DNA from: an uncultured Lachnospiraceae bacterium
GTDB lineage: Bacteria; Bacillota; Clostridia; Lachnospirales; Lachnospiraceae
NCBI GenBank assembly: GCA_902795855.1
Contig: CADBMW010000144.1
Location: forward strand, 1-45,021
Direction: 5' to 3'
DNA length: 45,021 bases
Part shown: positions 18,648 through 28,420 of the stretch, in pieces
How the letters are laid out: every line of letters begins with the position of its first letter
Position numbering within the stretch: position 1 is the first letter of the stretch
Program-made: the position numbers and the translations under genes
The notes under the pieces: generated by a model
The model's database searches: none
Told to the model about the DNA's origin: nothing
What the model saw: the letters and a program-made list of their open reading frames with translations, nothing else

Positions 18648-20444
18648 TTATTCTGCACTTTCTTCTTTTTTATCATCTCCGTCGCCATCGATGTATTTGT
18701 TAAGTGTATCTACTACTGTGTTCAGATTATATGGCTTTGCGATATAATCATCCAGCTGATTCTTCATGATACGCTCTTTATCTCCAAACATTGCTCTTGC
18801 TGTAACTGCAATGATTGGAAGACGTGGCTTACGATTTTCAGCCTCCAGCTTACGGATTTCCTGAGTAGCAGCTATACCATCCATAACAGGCATCTGTACA
18901 TCAAAGAGGGCTGCATCATAGCTCTTCTCTTTATAAAGCTCTACAGCTTTCTGACCATTCTCAGCTATATCATATGAGAAGCCGGCCATTCCCAGAAGCT
19001 TTCCGATAACCTGCTGATTTACAGGCTCATCCTCTGCTACAAGGATTCTTGCATTCTTACCATTTGCATTATTGATGGAATAGATTGCAGCCTCTTCCTC
19101 TGCCTTTGCTTCCTTCTCAGCTTCTGCCTCTGCAGGCTTAACCACCTTAATAGGAATCTCAGCTATGAAGGTTGAACCGATTCCTTCCTTACTCTGAACT
19201 GTGATAGTACCATTCATAAGCTCTGTTATCTGCTTGGATATTACAAGTCCCAGTCCTGAACCACCATATCTACGTGTATCAGATCCGTCAACCTGTGAGA
19301 ATCTTACGAAGAGCTTAGTCATATTAGCATCTGAGATACCTATACCTGTATCTGCAACTGCTATTCTCAGCTTGATCATGTCATCCTTATCATCAAGAGC
19401 AGCTATCTTAACTCTTACACCACCATCAGATGTGAACTTGATAGCATTTGAAAGGAGACAGTTAAGTACCTGCTGTATACGCTGTCCGTCTGCACGAACC
19501 AGTTTAGGCATGTTATTTCCGAAGGAAAGATCAAGTGAGATATTCTTTCCATTTGCTGCCGGAACATGGGAAGCAACTGTTTCTTCAATAGCTGCTTTAA
19601 TATCACATATTTCTTCTTTAATCTTATACTTACCTGCTTCAAGCTTACTGATATCCAGGATATCATTTATAAGTCTGAGGAGGTTATCTGCACAGCTCTT
19701 AGCTGTTATAAGGTTATCTCTGTAATCAGCCTGAAGGTCATCAGCCATAAGAGTAAGCTGGATCATTCCCAGGATACCGTTTATAGGGGTACGGATTTCG
19801 TGGCTCATGTTTGCAAGGAATTCTGCCTGTGTCTTGTATGCAGCATTTGCATCCTCGATGGCACGTGACAGTTTTGCCTCTGTTTCCTTCTGCTCTGTAA
19901 CATCTATAACAACCATGTTAATGTAATCTGATTCGGACTTATACATAACTGTATTGAAGACCTTACCAAGCTTCTCCATGGTTATCTCAACATCCATGAG
20001 GTCACCCTCTTTTGTTCCGGATGTATTATATGCTTTGAACCATGCATTGATATCCTGAAGAACTTCGATATTGCTGTCTCCAAGTACCTTGCCTATAAAT
20101 GCTTCCTTATCAAGATTGAAATAGCTTCCGAAGGTGTTGTTTGCATCCTCAACCTGATAACCCATTACATCTCCGGCATGATCCATGATGATCTTTGCCT
20201 GAGCAAATCCAATAGGAAGATTTTTGAAAAGCTTTCTGTATTTGTCACTCTGGTTTTTCTCCTGAGCCTGCTCTGAACCAAGATTTATTATAAAAAATAC
20301 AAGAGCCGCCTGAACCACCACCAGTACTATACCGACTGCCGTATTATTTCCAAGAACCACTACACCCAAAACTCCCAGAACAGCTACCACAACAGCTGTT
20401 ATTATGGCAAGTTTCTGAGGTCCCATCTTTCTAATATTGTCCAT
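18648..20444 (-). CDS. Membrane hybrid sensor histidine kinase / receiver
   Basis: Two N-terminal TM helices, PAS-like region, HisKA FLANMSHEIRTP, HATPase NAIKFT/DTGIG/GSGLGL, REC DVQMPVMDG. Confidence 0.93.
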   Translation of the reverse strand: MDNIRKMGPQKLAIITAVVVAVLGVLGVVVLGNNTAVGIVLVVVQAALVFFIINLGSEQAQEKNQSDKYRKLFKNLPIGFAQAKIIMDHAGDVMGYQVEDANNTFGSYFNLDKEAFIGKVLGDSNIEVLQDINAWFKAYNTSGTKEGDLMDVEITMEKLGKVFNTVMYKSESDYINMVVIDVTEQKETEAKLSRAIEDANAAYKTQAEFLANMSHEIRTPINGILGMIQLTLMADDLQADYRDNLITAKSCADNLLRLINDILDISKLEAGKYKIKEEICDIKAAIEETVASHVPAANGKNISLDLSFGNNMPKLVRADGQRIQQVLNCLLSNAIKFTSDGGVRVKIAALDDKDDMIKLRIAVADTGIGISDANMTKLFVRFSQVDGSDTRRYGGSGLGLVISKQITELMNGTITVQSKEGIGSTFIAEIPIKVVKPAEAEAEKEAKAEEEAAIYSINNANGKNARILVAEDEPVNQQVIGKLLGMAGFSYDIAENGQKAVELYKEKSYDAALFDVQMPVMDGIAATQEIRKLEAENRKPRLPIIAVTARAMFGDKERIMKNQLDDYIAKPYNLNTVVDTLNKYIDGDGDDKKEESAE

Positions 20445-20516
20445 TATAACACCCCTTTATCTTGTATGTTTACATAAGTTTTACAACTATATCAAGTGCC
20501 TAAACCGTCATTTTTG

Positions 20517-20545
20517 ATTATATATCACTTCATATATACGGTCAA
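20517..20545 (-). promoter_or_regulatory. sigma-A promoter for the hybrid kinase
   Basis: TTGACC (20545-20540), 17 bp, TATAAT (20522-20517). The -35 overlaps the yfhO stop codon. Confidence 0.75.
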
Positions 20546-23355
20546 CATTTTTTACCCTTTGACCCTTCTCTTTTTAAACTTTTTACAGTTACGATACAAA
20601 GTATAATATATATTAGCCAGCCGGCAATTGTAATGATTATTCCCAGCTTCATTCCCTCCGGAATAAATCGAAGTTCTACGTCATGTTCACCTTCTTCCAG
20701 CCACAGACATAAGAAGCCGTCACCAATGGATTCCGGAGTTTCAGGCTCCCCGTCTACATAGGCTGTCCAGCCTTCATCATATGGAATAGTGGTAAACAGC
20801 ACCTGTCCCTTATCCATATTGACGGTTCCCTTAACAGAGTCATCCGTCATCTGGGTAACTATCATTTCATTTTTCTGCAGCTTTCCCCTGAGCCTGGAAA
20901 GGTTATCCTTGTTCAGCTTGGACAGAAACATGGAAACTGTTCCTTCCTCCGCATAGGATTCTGAAAACTCCATATTAAATCTGACTATGCTTCCCGCCCT
21001 CAGTTCGCCCAGGTCAAAAAGCTGAGTCTGATATCTTCCGTTAGCCAGGGGCACATCGTCAAGATAGAATATGATATTTTCAAGATAGTTGGCACGGATA
21101 TTTATGACATATCTTCCATCCTCTGGAACTATCATGGTTGCATCTATGGTAATGGAATCCCCGGCTCCGTTGCAGTAGCTGATGAGATTAGGATGATCCA
21201 TATTATAGGATGCATCGCAGTTTACGCCGGTAACGGCATAAGGTGGATTTTTCTCCTCAAAAATAGTCTCGACATCTGCAGCCTTAAATGCGAAATCATT
21301 TATTACATTGGCGCAGTTATAGGTACCTGTATCCCAGTAGCTAATTCCATCGCTTACACCATAAGCAATAGACATAGCATTTTTATTCTCAAGCACCTTT
21401 ACTCCGTCTGCATTATATGCAGTATAATAATCATTTTCAGCTGGGTAAAAATCCCCATCTCTCATATATATATATCTCATACCCATAAGGTCATTTGTAA
21501 CCGGATTAGATCCCAGGAATAGATATTCATTGGAGCCTGTATAATAGCCCAGGTGTGCCATGGCATCCACCATATCTCCCCTGACTGTGGTACAGAAGGT
21601 TCCTATACTCTTCATGTTATTGAAGGTATTCTCATCCAGCATGATAGGGGAAACCACATCTGAACGATAGAACCTGAGTCCCTTCTGGTCGGCCAGTTTT
21701 TCCACCTCACCAACGGATTTCTTCATCACATCACAGTACTGGAGATAATAGCCTCCATCAGCACCACCGTGATCAGCTATTCCCAGCCAGGCATTAGTAA
21801 GCACCTCTCCGGAAATGAATATAAACATGAATACTCTGAATATGACCATACGGATCATTTTCTCTTCAGCCAGCATCAGGAATACTGCATATACAACTAT
21901 GAGGCTGTAGGAAACAATGATCATATAGAGAGGAGGAATAAGTCCCTCCAGATCTGTTTTGTAATAAACCAGGGCAAGAAGGATGCTGGATGAAATAACT
22001 CCTGCCACCACGGAGAAGACTCCGGTTTTCTTTATTTCCTTCAGAACATCATACCCCATATAGATCAACGTAAAAATATACAGAAATGAAAATCTGTTGG
22101 GAATTCCAAACTGATTGTGAAAACCATGCCAGATAAAATTCAGTCTTTCCTGATTCATGCTGACAAAAAGAAATGCTATAAGCCCAACCTTTCTGATTTT
22201 CTCAGCCAGTGGAACTGCCTTTGAAAATATGTATACAAAGAAAAGAATATATATGAGAGTTCCGCAGTAGAGATTGGCATTTCCATCAAAGGAATCCATG
22301 TTAACCGGAACGGTCAGCATATACTGTCTCTTCAAAAGCTCAAAAAAATTCTGATAAAGCTTATTTGCCGGCAAAGCACTTCCTGCACTGGCTGTTTTTG
22401 TAATGGCAAGGTAAGCCATGATAAGAGAAAATGCTGCCATGGCTGCCGCAAGTATGGAAGCAAGCGCAAACCTCACTCCATCTGTTATAAATCCTTTTAT
22501 ATTTTTATGTCCCGTGGCAAGGAACCAGAGAACAAGAAAAACGCAGATGATAAATGATATATAATAATTACAATACATACTGTAAAATAGCGCCAGTATG
22601 TAGAGTCTTGCATCCTTTTTAGTCATCAGCTTTTCAAAGCCGAGAATGATAAGAGGAAATACCATAATGCAGTCCAGCCACATTATATTCCAGTAATATC
22701 CGCACATATAACTTGAAAGTGCATAGCAAAATGACAGTGCTGTTATAACAGGACTGTTTTTTATCTCACCGTCTCTTCTTGAAAGCATATAGCCGAAACA
22801 TCCGGCAGAAATACTTATCTTAAAGGATACCAGAAGAGAAAACATGGCTATGATACCCTTACGGGAAAACAGAACTATTATCAAATTCAGTGGGGATGCC
22901 ATGTAATAAAGAAGCAGGGACTGGAAATTCTGACCAAGACCCACGTCCCATGTATAAAGAAGACTCTTGCCATTTATCAGCTTATCCTGATAATCACTTA
23001 GAAATGGAACATACTGATGTATGCTGTCAATAAGAGTAAATGAACTCATTCCAAAGGGAGCTATCTTTCCGACTATCATATATATCCACATAAAGACAGC
23101 TGTAATATAAAATGCAAGAAGCCAGCACCAGTTTCTTGACATGAAGCCTTTTTTCTTTGTAACTGAAGAAGACATCTCAGGATTATCTTCCTTTTCTCCC
23201 TCAACGTTTTCCTCATCAACTTCATTAACTTCCTTATCTGCTTCGGAGTTTTCTTCGAGGTTTGCTTCGATTTCCTCATCAGCCTCTTCTCTATTATCTT
23301 CCGAATCCGCTAAGCTTTCTGCAATTTCTATGTTGTCCGTATTGTCGGCGCTCAT
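20542..23355 (-). CDS. YfhO-family multi-TM membrane protein (GT-C glycosyltransferase-like)
   Basis: DSIHQYVPF, YYMASPLN, WNIMWLD, NYYISF, PNRFSF and C-terminal TIPYDEGWTAYVDG motifs. Acidic N-terminal extension. Confidence 0.85.
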   Translation of the reverse strand: MSADNTDNIEIAESLADSEDNREEADEEIEANLEENSEADKEVNEVDEENVEGEKEDNPEMSSSVTKKKGFMSRNWCWLLAFYITAVFMWIYMIVGKIAPFGMSSFTLIDSIHQYVPFLSDYQDKLINGKSLLYTWDVGLGQNFQSLLLYYMASPLNLIIVLFSRKGIIAMFSLLVSFKISISAGCFGYMLSRRDGEIKNSPVITALSFCYALSSYMCGYYWNIMWLDCIMVFPLIILGFEKLMTKKDARLYILALFYSMYCNYYISFIICVFLVLWFLATGHKNIKGFITDGVRFALASILAAAMAAFSLIMAYLAITKTASAGSALPANKLYQNFFELLKRQYMLTVPVNMDSFDGNANLYCGTLIYILFFVYIFSKAVPLAEKIRKVGLIAFLFVSMNQERLNFIWHGFHNQFGIPNRFSFLYIFTLIYMGYDVLKEIKKTGVFSVVAGVISSSILLALVYYKTDLEGLIPPLYMIIVSYSLIVVYAVFLMLAEEKMIRMVIFRVFMFIFISGEVLTNAWLGIADHGGADGGYYLQYCDVMKKSVGEVEKLADQKGLRFYRSDVVSPIMLDENTFNNMKSIGTFCTTVRGDMVDAMAHLGYYTGSNEYLFLGSNPVTNDLMGMRYIYMRDGDFYPAENDYYTAYNADGVKVLENKNAMSIAYGVSDGISYWDTGTYNCANVINDFAFKAADVETIFEEKNPPYAVTGVNCDASYNMDHPNLISYCNGAGDSITIDATMIVPEDGRYVINIRANYLENIIFYLDDVPLANGRYQTQLFDLGELRAGSIVRFNMEFSESYAEEGTVSMFLSKLNKDNLSRLRGKLQKNEMIVTQMTDDSVKGTVNMDKGQVLFTTIPYDEGWTAYVDGEPETPESIGDGFLCLWLEEGEHDVELRFIPEGMKLGIIITIAGWLIYIILCIVTVKSLKREGSKGKKC

Positions 23356-23374
23356 TTTCTATCTCCAAACTGCT

Positions 23375-24163
23375 TTATTTCAGATATTCCAGAACTTCAT
23401 TCAGATCCAGATTACCTCCAAATATTGATAATGCACTTCCTATGGTCACATCCACTCTGCCCTTACCCAGTTCCTTTATGGCATCCAGGTCTTCAAAGGA
23501 TGAAACCCCTCCTGCATAGGTAACAGGTACGTCGCTGTCCCAGCTTCCCAGAATTGATATAAGCTCCTTATCGATTCCTGCCTTTTTTCCCTCAACATCA
23601 ACTGCATGTATCAGATATTCATCAGCATAGGACTTAAGCATTTCAAGGGTATCCAGATTAAGCTCAGTATCTGTATATTTCTGCCATCTGTCGGTTACTA
23701 TATAATAAGCGCTGTTTCCGTCTTCATCTATTTTCTTTCTGCAGGAAAGATCCAGAACCAGATGCTTTTTACCTACTAAATCAACAAGGGCACTGAGTCT
23801 GTCATAATCTATCTTTCCGTCTCTGAAAACATAAGAAGTTACTATGACATGGGATGCTCCCAGCTTTATATATTCCTCAGCATTATCGGCTGTTACCCCG
23901 CCGCCTATCATAAAGCCACCGGGATATTCACTCATAGCTTCCGAAGCTGCTCTGATATCTTCCAGATACTGGGAAGTACCTGCCTTATTTAAAAGGATGA
24001 TATGACCTCCCGAAAGATTGAATCTTTTATATAACCTTCCATAGTAGGATGCCCCATATTCAGATACATAATTTGTATCGGCTCCGGATTTATCATCCAG
24101 AGAGCCTCCTACTATCTGTTTTACTTTTCCATCATGAATATCGATACATGGTCTGAGTCTCAT
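23375..24163 (-). CDS. hisA: ProFAR isomerase, eukaryote-type (His6-like) HisA
   Basis: RPCIDIHDGKVKQIVGGSL, LVLDLSCR, DRWQK, LIHAVDVEG, VTIGSAL. Confidence 0.9.
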   Translation of the reverse strand: MRLRPCIDIHDGKVKQIVGGSLDDKSGADTNYVSEYGASYYGRLYKRFNLSGGHIILLNKAGTSQYLEDIRAASEAMSEYPGGFMIGGGVTADNAEEYIKLGASHVIVTSYVFRDGKIDYDRLSALVDLVGKKHLVLDLSCRKKIDEDGNSAYYIVTDRWQKYTDTELNLDTLEMLKSYADEYLIHAVDVEGKKAGIDKELISILGSWDSDVPVTYAGGVSSFEDLDAIKELGKGRVDVTIGSALSIFGGNLDLNEVLEYLK

Positions 24164-24200
24164 AATAAAAATCCCCCTAATTAAAACTCTGTTAAACTCT

Positions 24201-25541
24201 TTACAACTCTTTTAACTCTGTCCGGGCAAGAGGTAGACTGATCAGGATTGAAAGTACATCCGCTATGGTCTGACTTATCTGAACTCCAAGAAGTCCTAGA
24301 AAATGTGGAAGCACTATGATAAGTGGAATAAAACAGATTCCATTTCTGGCTGATGATGCAATGGTTGCCTTCAGTCCCTTGCCCATTGACTGAAGCATCA
24401 TATTGCACATTACAGTCGTAGCCATCAGTGGCATTACCGAAGCCTGACATCTGAGGGCCACTGTTCCAACCTCTATTACCTTTGAATCATCTCTGAACCA
24501 GCCAACAATGTCCGGTGCAAATACCACCGATAAAACTGCCAGAAAGGCTAAAAATATAGTTCCCCATTTAACGCAGAAAAAGAAACCTTCCTTAACTCTT
24601 TTTGTCAGTCCCGCTCCATAATTAAAGGAGCAGACCGGCTGATATCCCTGGCCAAAACCGATAAGAGCAGATACCATGGCCATCATAACCCTGGTTACAA
24701 TGGACATTCCTGCTATAGCAGCATCGCCTCCATACCAGCCTGCATATTTATTAAGTAACAGTGTGGATACTGCTGCCAGTCCCTGTCTGAAAAGTGACGG
24801 CGCACCACCATTTATTATCTCTTTAACATAATAACCATTGATATGAACATTCTTAATCCGAAGATGAATATTTTCACCTCTGAAACTTCCCACCAGAAGC
24901 ACGATGAAACTGATCAGCTGTCCGGATACCGTAGCCAGTGCAGCTCCCACAACCTTCAGATCCAGAACCAGTATAAGGAGCGGATCTAAGAATACATTCA
25001 CCACCGCACCGCACATAAGTCCTATCATAGCATATACTGCATTTCCCTGAAAACGAAGCTGATTGTTTATAACAAACTGGCCCATCATGAGAGGCGCACC
25101 AATTAGAATGATTCTCATATAATCTACTGTATCATTCAAGGTAGCCGGGCTGGCTCCGATTCCAACGGCTAGTGGTTCAGCAAAAATATTACCCACGACG
25201 GCTATAGTACATCCGATTATAATAGAAAGGGCAAAGCCGGTGGATGCCATTTCATTTGCTTCTTTATATTTTCCTGCTCCCAGCATTCGGGAAAGATAAT
25301 TTCCGGAACCGTGGCCGCAAAAGAATCCAGAAGCCTGAATTATGGCCATAACTGAAAAAACAAGTCCCACGGCAGCTGTTGCTTCCGTAGATATTTTACC
25401 CACAAAATATGTATCCGCCGAATTATAAAATGCTGTTACCAGCATGCTTATTATAGTGGGTATGGACAGCTTTATTATAAGCTGAGGTATGGGTGTTTCA
25501 GTAAGCAGCTCCCGTCGGGATTTAGGCCTTGACTGTGACAT
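24201..25541 (-). CDS. MATE family efflux transporter
   Basis: LSIPTIISML...YNSADTYFVG, NVFLDPLLI, GAALAT, multiple TM helices. Confidence 0.92.
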   Translation of the reverse strand: MSQSRPKSRRELLTETPIPQLIIKLSIPTIISMLVTAFYNSADTYFVGKISTEATAAVGLVFSVMAIIQASGFFCGHGSGNYLSRMLGAGKYKEANEMASTGFALSIIIGCTIAVVGNIFAEPLAVGIGASPATLNDTVDYMRIILIGAPLMMGQFVINNQLRFQGNAVYAMIGLMCGAVVNVFLDPLLILVLDLKVVGAALATVSGQLISFIVLLVGSFRGENIHLRIKNVHINGYYVKEIINGGAPSLFRQGLAAVSTLLLNKYAGWYGGDAAIAGMSIVTRVMMAMVSALIGFGQGYQPVCSFNYGAGLTKRVKEGFFFCVKWGTIFLAFLAVLSVVFAPDIVGWFRDDSKVIEVGTVALRCQASVMPLMATTVMCNMMLQSMGKGLKATIASSARNGICFIPLIIVLPHFLGLLGVQISQTIADVLSILISLPLARTELKEL

Positions 25542-25543
25542 GA

Positions 25544-26986
25544 TTACTCCCTGACATCATCTATAGTAAGTGTTTTCAAAGCCTCGTCGCTTATTTCTTC
25601 ATTACTTACCAGACGGGTAGCCTGTCTTTCAATACATCTTTCAAGATAATTTCTGGCCTCTCTGGCATTAGCGAAATTCGCTTCATGAGCTTTGGCTCTC
25701 TGCGTAAGGTATTCCCTTACAAACTTTGCAGCGTCTTCATCCGGAGCGTATTCCTGCTTTTTAGCCATCGAATCAAATATGCTGGTAAGCTCATCACCAC
25801 TATAGTCATTAAAGAAAATATATTTGTTAAATCTGGACTTGAGGCCCGGATTTGAATTTACGAACTCTTCCATTTTATCAGTATAACCTGCAACGATGAC
25901 GATAAGATCATCACGATTATCTTCCATCATCTTCAGCAGTGTATCCACTGCCTCCTGTCCGAAATCCTTTTCATCTCCTGACTTAATAAGTGTATATGCC
26001 TCATCTATAAAAAGGATTCCTCCTATTGCACTTTCAACTATCTCAGCAGTCTGGGATGCAGTCTGACCTACATAACCGGCCACCAGATTTGAACGGTCGA
26101 CCTCTATCAGCTGACCTTCACTTACCACACCCAGAACCTTATATATCTTGGCAAGAAGTCTTGCCACTGTTGTTTTTCCTGTTCCCGGATTACCTGAAAA
26201 TACCAGATGAAGAGTTATATCCGGCTGCTTCATTCCTCTTTCCTCGCGAAGCTTTCTGATCTTCACAAGGTTAATGAGATTTGTAAGATCCTGCTTAACA
26301 GACTTAAGACCAACAAGAGAATTCAGCTCTTCCATCATCTGCTCCAGTGTCTCTTCCGGCTCATCCTTAGCTGCTGCATTTACTTCGGTTTTTACATTTT
26401 TTGTATTTGGTACAGCTGCCTGCTTATTATTTCCCCTTAAATTTCTGCTCTTTGGATTAACTCTGCCCTTAGGGATTCCATCAGTAAAATAGAGACCATA
26501 TTCCTTCAGGAAATTATCCAGCATCAGGGAATAGTTTGACATATTTGCCAGCTCAGTAACGCTTTCTCCATTAACTGCCACAAAGGCAGTGCCAACTATA
26601 TTAAAGGTTTCAACCACTTCCTTGGAAGCCGGTCTTCCGGAGGGCGCCTTGACAGAGCCTGCCGTAAGATCATATTTGGCAAGATAAAGCATTACACGGG
26701 GAGGCGTATTTATAAACTCCTCGCCCATACATTTTCCGTATTTGAAATTTATATACTGCGAAATACTCATGACAGTATTCAGATAATCTCTTAAGAAATC
26801 CAGCTCTGCTCTGCCATCTGTTCCATCTGATTCAAAAAGAAAAGCAGTATACTGCAGGAGGTTATATTTAAGCATCTCCCTAAGAGTCATGCCTGTTCCT
26901 GCTGTAAGCTCCGGACTTCTGTTCTGTATATCATCCACCAGTCTGAAGGTTTCATCAATTCTGTTTTTAATATTATAATCGATCAT
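25544..26986 (-). CDS. CbbX/SpoVK-like AAA+ ATPase with uncharacterised N-terminal domain
   Basis: LVGLKSVK, GNPGTGKTTVAR, ILFIDEAY, VIVAGY, NPGLKSRF. Confidence 0.88.
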   Translation of the reverse strand: MIDYNIKNRIDETFRLVDDIQNRSPELTAGTGMTLREMLKYNLLQYTAFLFESDGTDGRAELDFLRDYLNTVMSISQYINFKYGKCMGEEFINTPPRVMLYLAKYDLTAGSVKAPSGRPASKEVVETFNIVGTAFVAVNGESVTELANMSNYSLMLDNFLKEYGLYFTDGIPKGRVNPKSRNLRGNNKQAAVPNTKNVKTEVNAAAKDEPEETLEQMMEELNSLVGLKSVKQDLTNLINLVKIRKLREERGMKQPDITLHLVFSGNPGTGKTTVARLLAKIYKVLGVVSEGQLIEVDRSNLVAGYVGQTASQTAEIVESAIGGILFIDEAYTLIKSGDEKDFGQEAVDTLLKMMEDNRDDLIVIVAGYTDKMEEFVNSNPGLKSRFNKYIFFNDYSGDELTSIFDSMAKKQEYAPDEDAAKFVREYLTQRAKAHEANFANAREARNYLERCIERQATRLVSNEEISDEALKTLTIDDVRE

Positions 26987-27079
26987 TGGACTGTCCCTTT
27001 TTATTTTTCTTTTCTCACAAGTGAGAACGCATTTTGACCTATGACACTTATGTCATGATATCACAAAAATAAAGATATG

Positions 27080-28420
27080 TCAGTTATTTAGATATCCCTG
27101 CACTAACTCCAGAAGAGATTCACTGGTATTTAAGTATGGATCATCCAGAACCCGGTCCAGAAGATACCTTAGTATCTGTCCCATCTCAGGTCCCGGGGCT
27201 ACTCCCTGCTGCTTTAGGTCCTGGCCGTTAATGGCAAGACTCTTTATGGAAAGGGCATTTCCTGCTTCCATTATCTCATCATGATACTTTATGATCTGCT
27301 CCAGTACCTGAAAGCTTTCATCTGCAAAGGTTTCGCTCTGCCCTTTTATATCTGCAGTTTTTATTCTGACAAAATCGTCAAAATATTCCTCCCCCATCTG
27401 GCTCAGCATTTTTCTCACGGATTTAACTGAAACATTCCCCTTCAGGCCAAAATCATGCCAGAGCACTATGGTTCTTACATCCCGAATAGTATCATTATCC
27501 ATTTTGAGCCCCTTAAGTACTCTAACAGCTATCTTCTCACTGACATCAGCATGACCTTTGAAATGATCTATTCCATTTTCATCCGTTGTTCTGGTCTCAG
27601 GCTTGCCACAGTCATGAAGCAGGGCCGCATATCTGAGAACCTTTGTGGCCGGAACGCCTTTCATAACCTCTACTGTATGACGTCCCACATCATATTTATG
27701 ATAAGGATTATTCTGAGGAGTATTTATCATTTCATCAAACTGAGGAAGTACCACTGCAGTAATTCCCAGCTCATACATATCCATTATCTTCTCAGGATGA
27801 TCCGAAACCAGCATCTTGGTCAGCTCGGTTTCTATTCTTTCAGCGCTGACATTTTTCAGCTCCGGCGCATGCTTTGCTGCAGCGTTTCTTGTGTCGCTGT
27901 CTATATCAAATCCCAGCTGAGCTGCGAAACGAACTGCTCTCATTATCCTGAGAGCATCCTCATCAAATCTCTCATCGGGATTTCCAACGCATCTTATAAT
28001 TCCCTTTTCCAAATCCTCTAAACCGCCGTAGAGATCCACCAGTCCATCCTGCTCATTATAAGCCATGGCATTTATGGTAAAATCTCTTCTCATCAGATCT
28101 TCAGACAGCTCACTGGTAAATGTTACACCATCCGGTCTTCTGTGATCGCTGTATTCTCCGTCGATACGGTAGGTAGTTACTTCATAACCATTATTCTTAA
28201 GCATGACTGTTACAGTTCCATGCTGAATTCCGGTATCAATGGTTCGTCTGAATACCTCCTTCACTGCATGGGGATCTGCAGAGGTTGTGATGTCCCAGTC
28301 ATTGGGCTGTCTTCCCAGAACCGAATCTCTGACACAGCCTCCTACGGCATATGCCTGATGTCCGGCTTTATTAAGTTGTTCTATGATGTATCTGACATCC
28401 TGAGGCATATCTATCTTCAT
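27080..28420 (-). CDS. cca: CCA tRNA nucleotidyltransferase (with HD domain)
   Basis: AVGGCVRD, DWDI, EVTTYR, RRDFTINAMA, EDALRIMRAVRF, LLHDCGK. Confidence 0.93.
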   Translation of the reverse strand: MKIDMPQDVRYIIEQLNKAGHQAYAVGGCVRDSVLGRQPNDWDITTSADPHAVKEVFRRTIDTGIQHGTVTVMLKNNGYEVTTYRIDGEYSDHRRPDGVTFTSELSEDLMRRDFTINAMAYNEQDGLVDLYGGLEDLEKGIIRCVGNPDERFDEDALRIMRAVRFAAQLGFDIDSDTRNAAAKHAPELKNVSAERIETELTKMLVSDHPEKIMDMYELGITAVVLPQFDEMINTPQNNPYHKYDVGRHTVEVMKGVPATKVLRYAALLHDCGKPETRTTDENGIDHFKGHADVSEKIAVRVLKGLKMDNDTIRDVRTIVLWHDFGLKGNVSVKSVRKMLSQMGEEYFDDFVRIKTADIKGQSETFADESFQVLEQIIKYHDEIMEAGNALSIKSLAINGQDLKQQGVAPGPEMGQILRYLLDRVLDDPYLNTSESLLELVQGYLNN

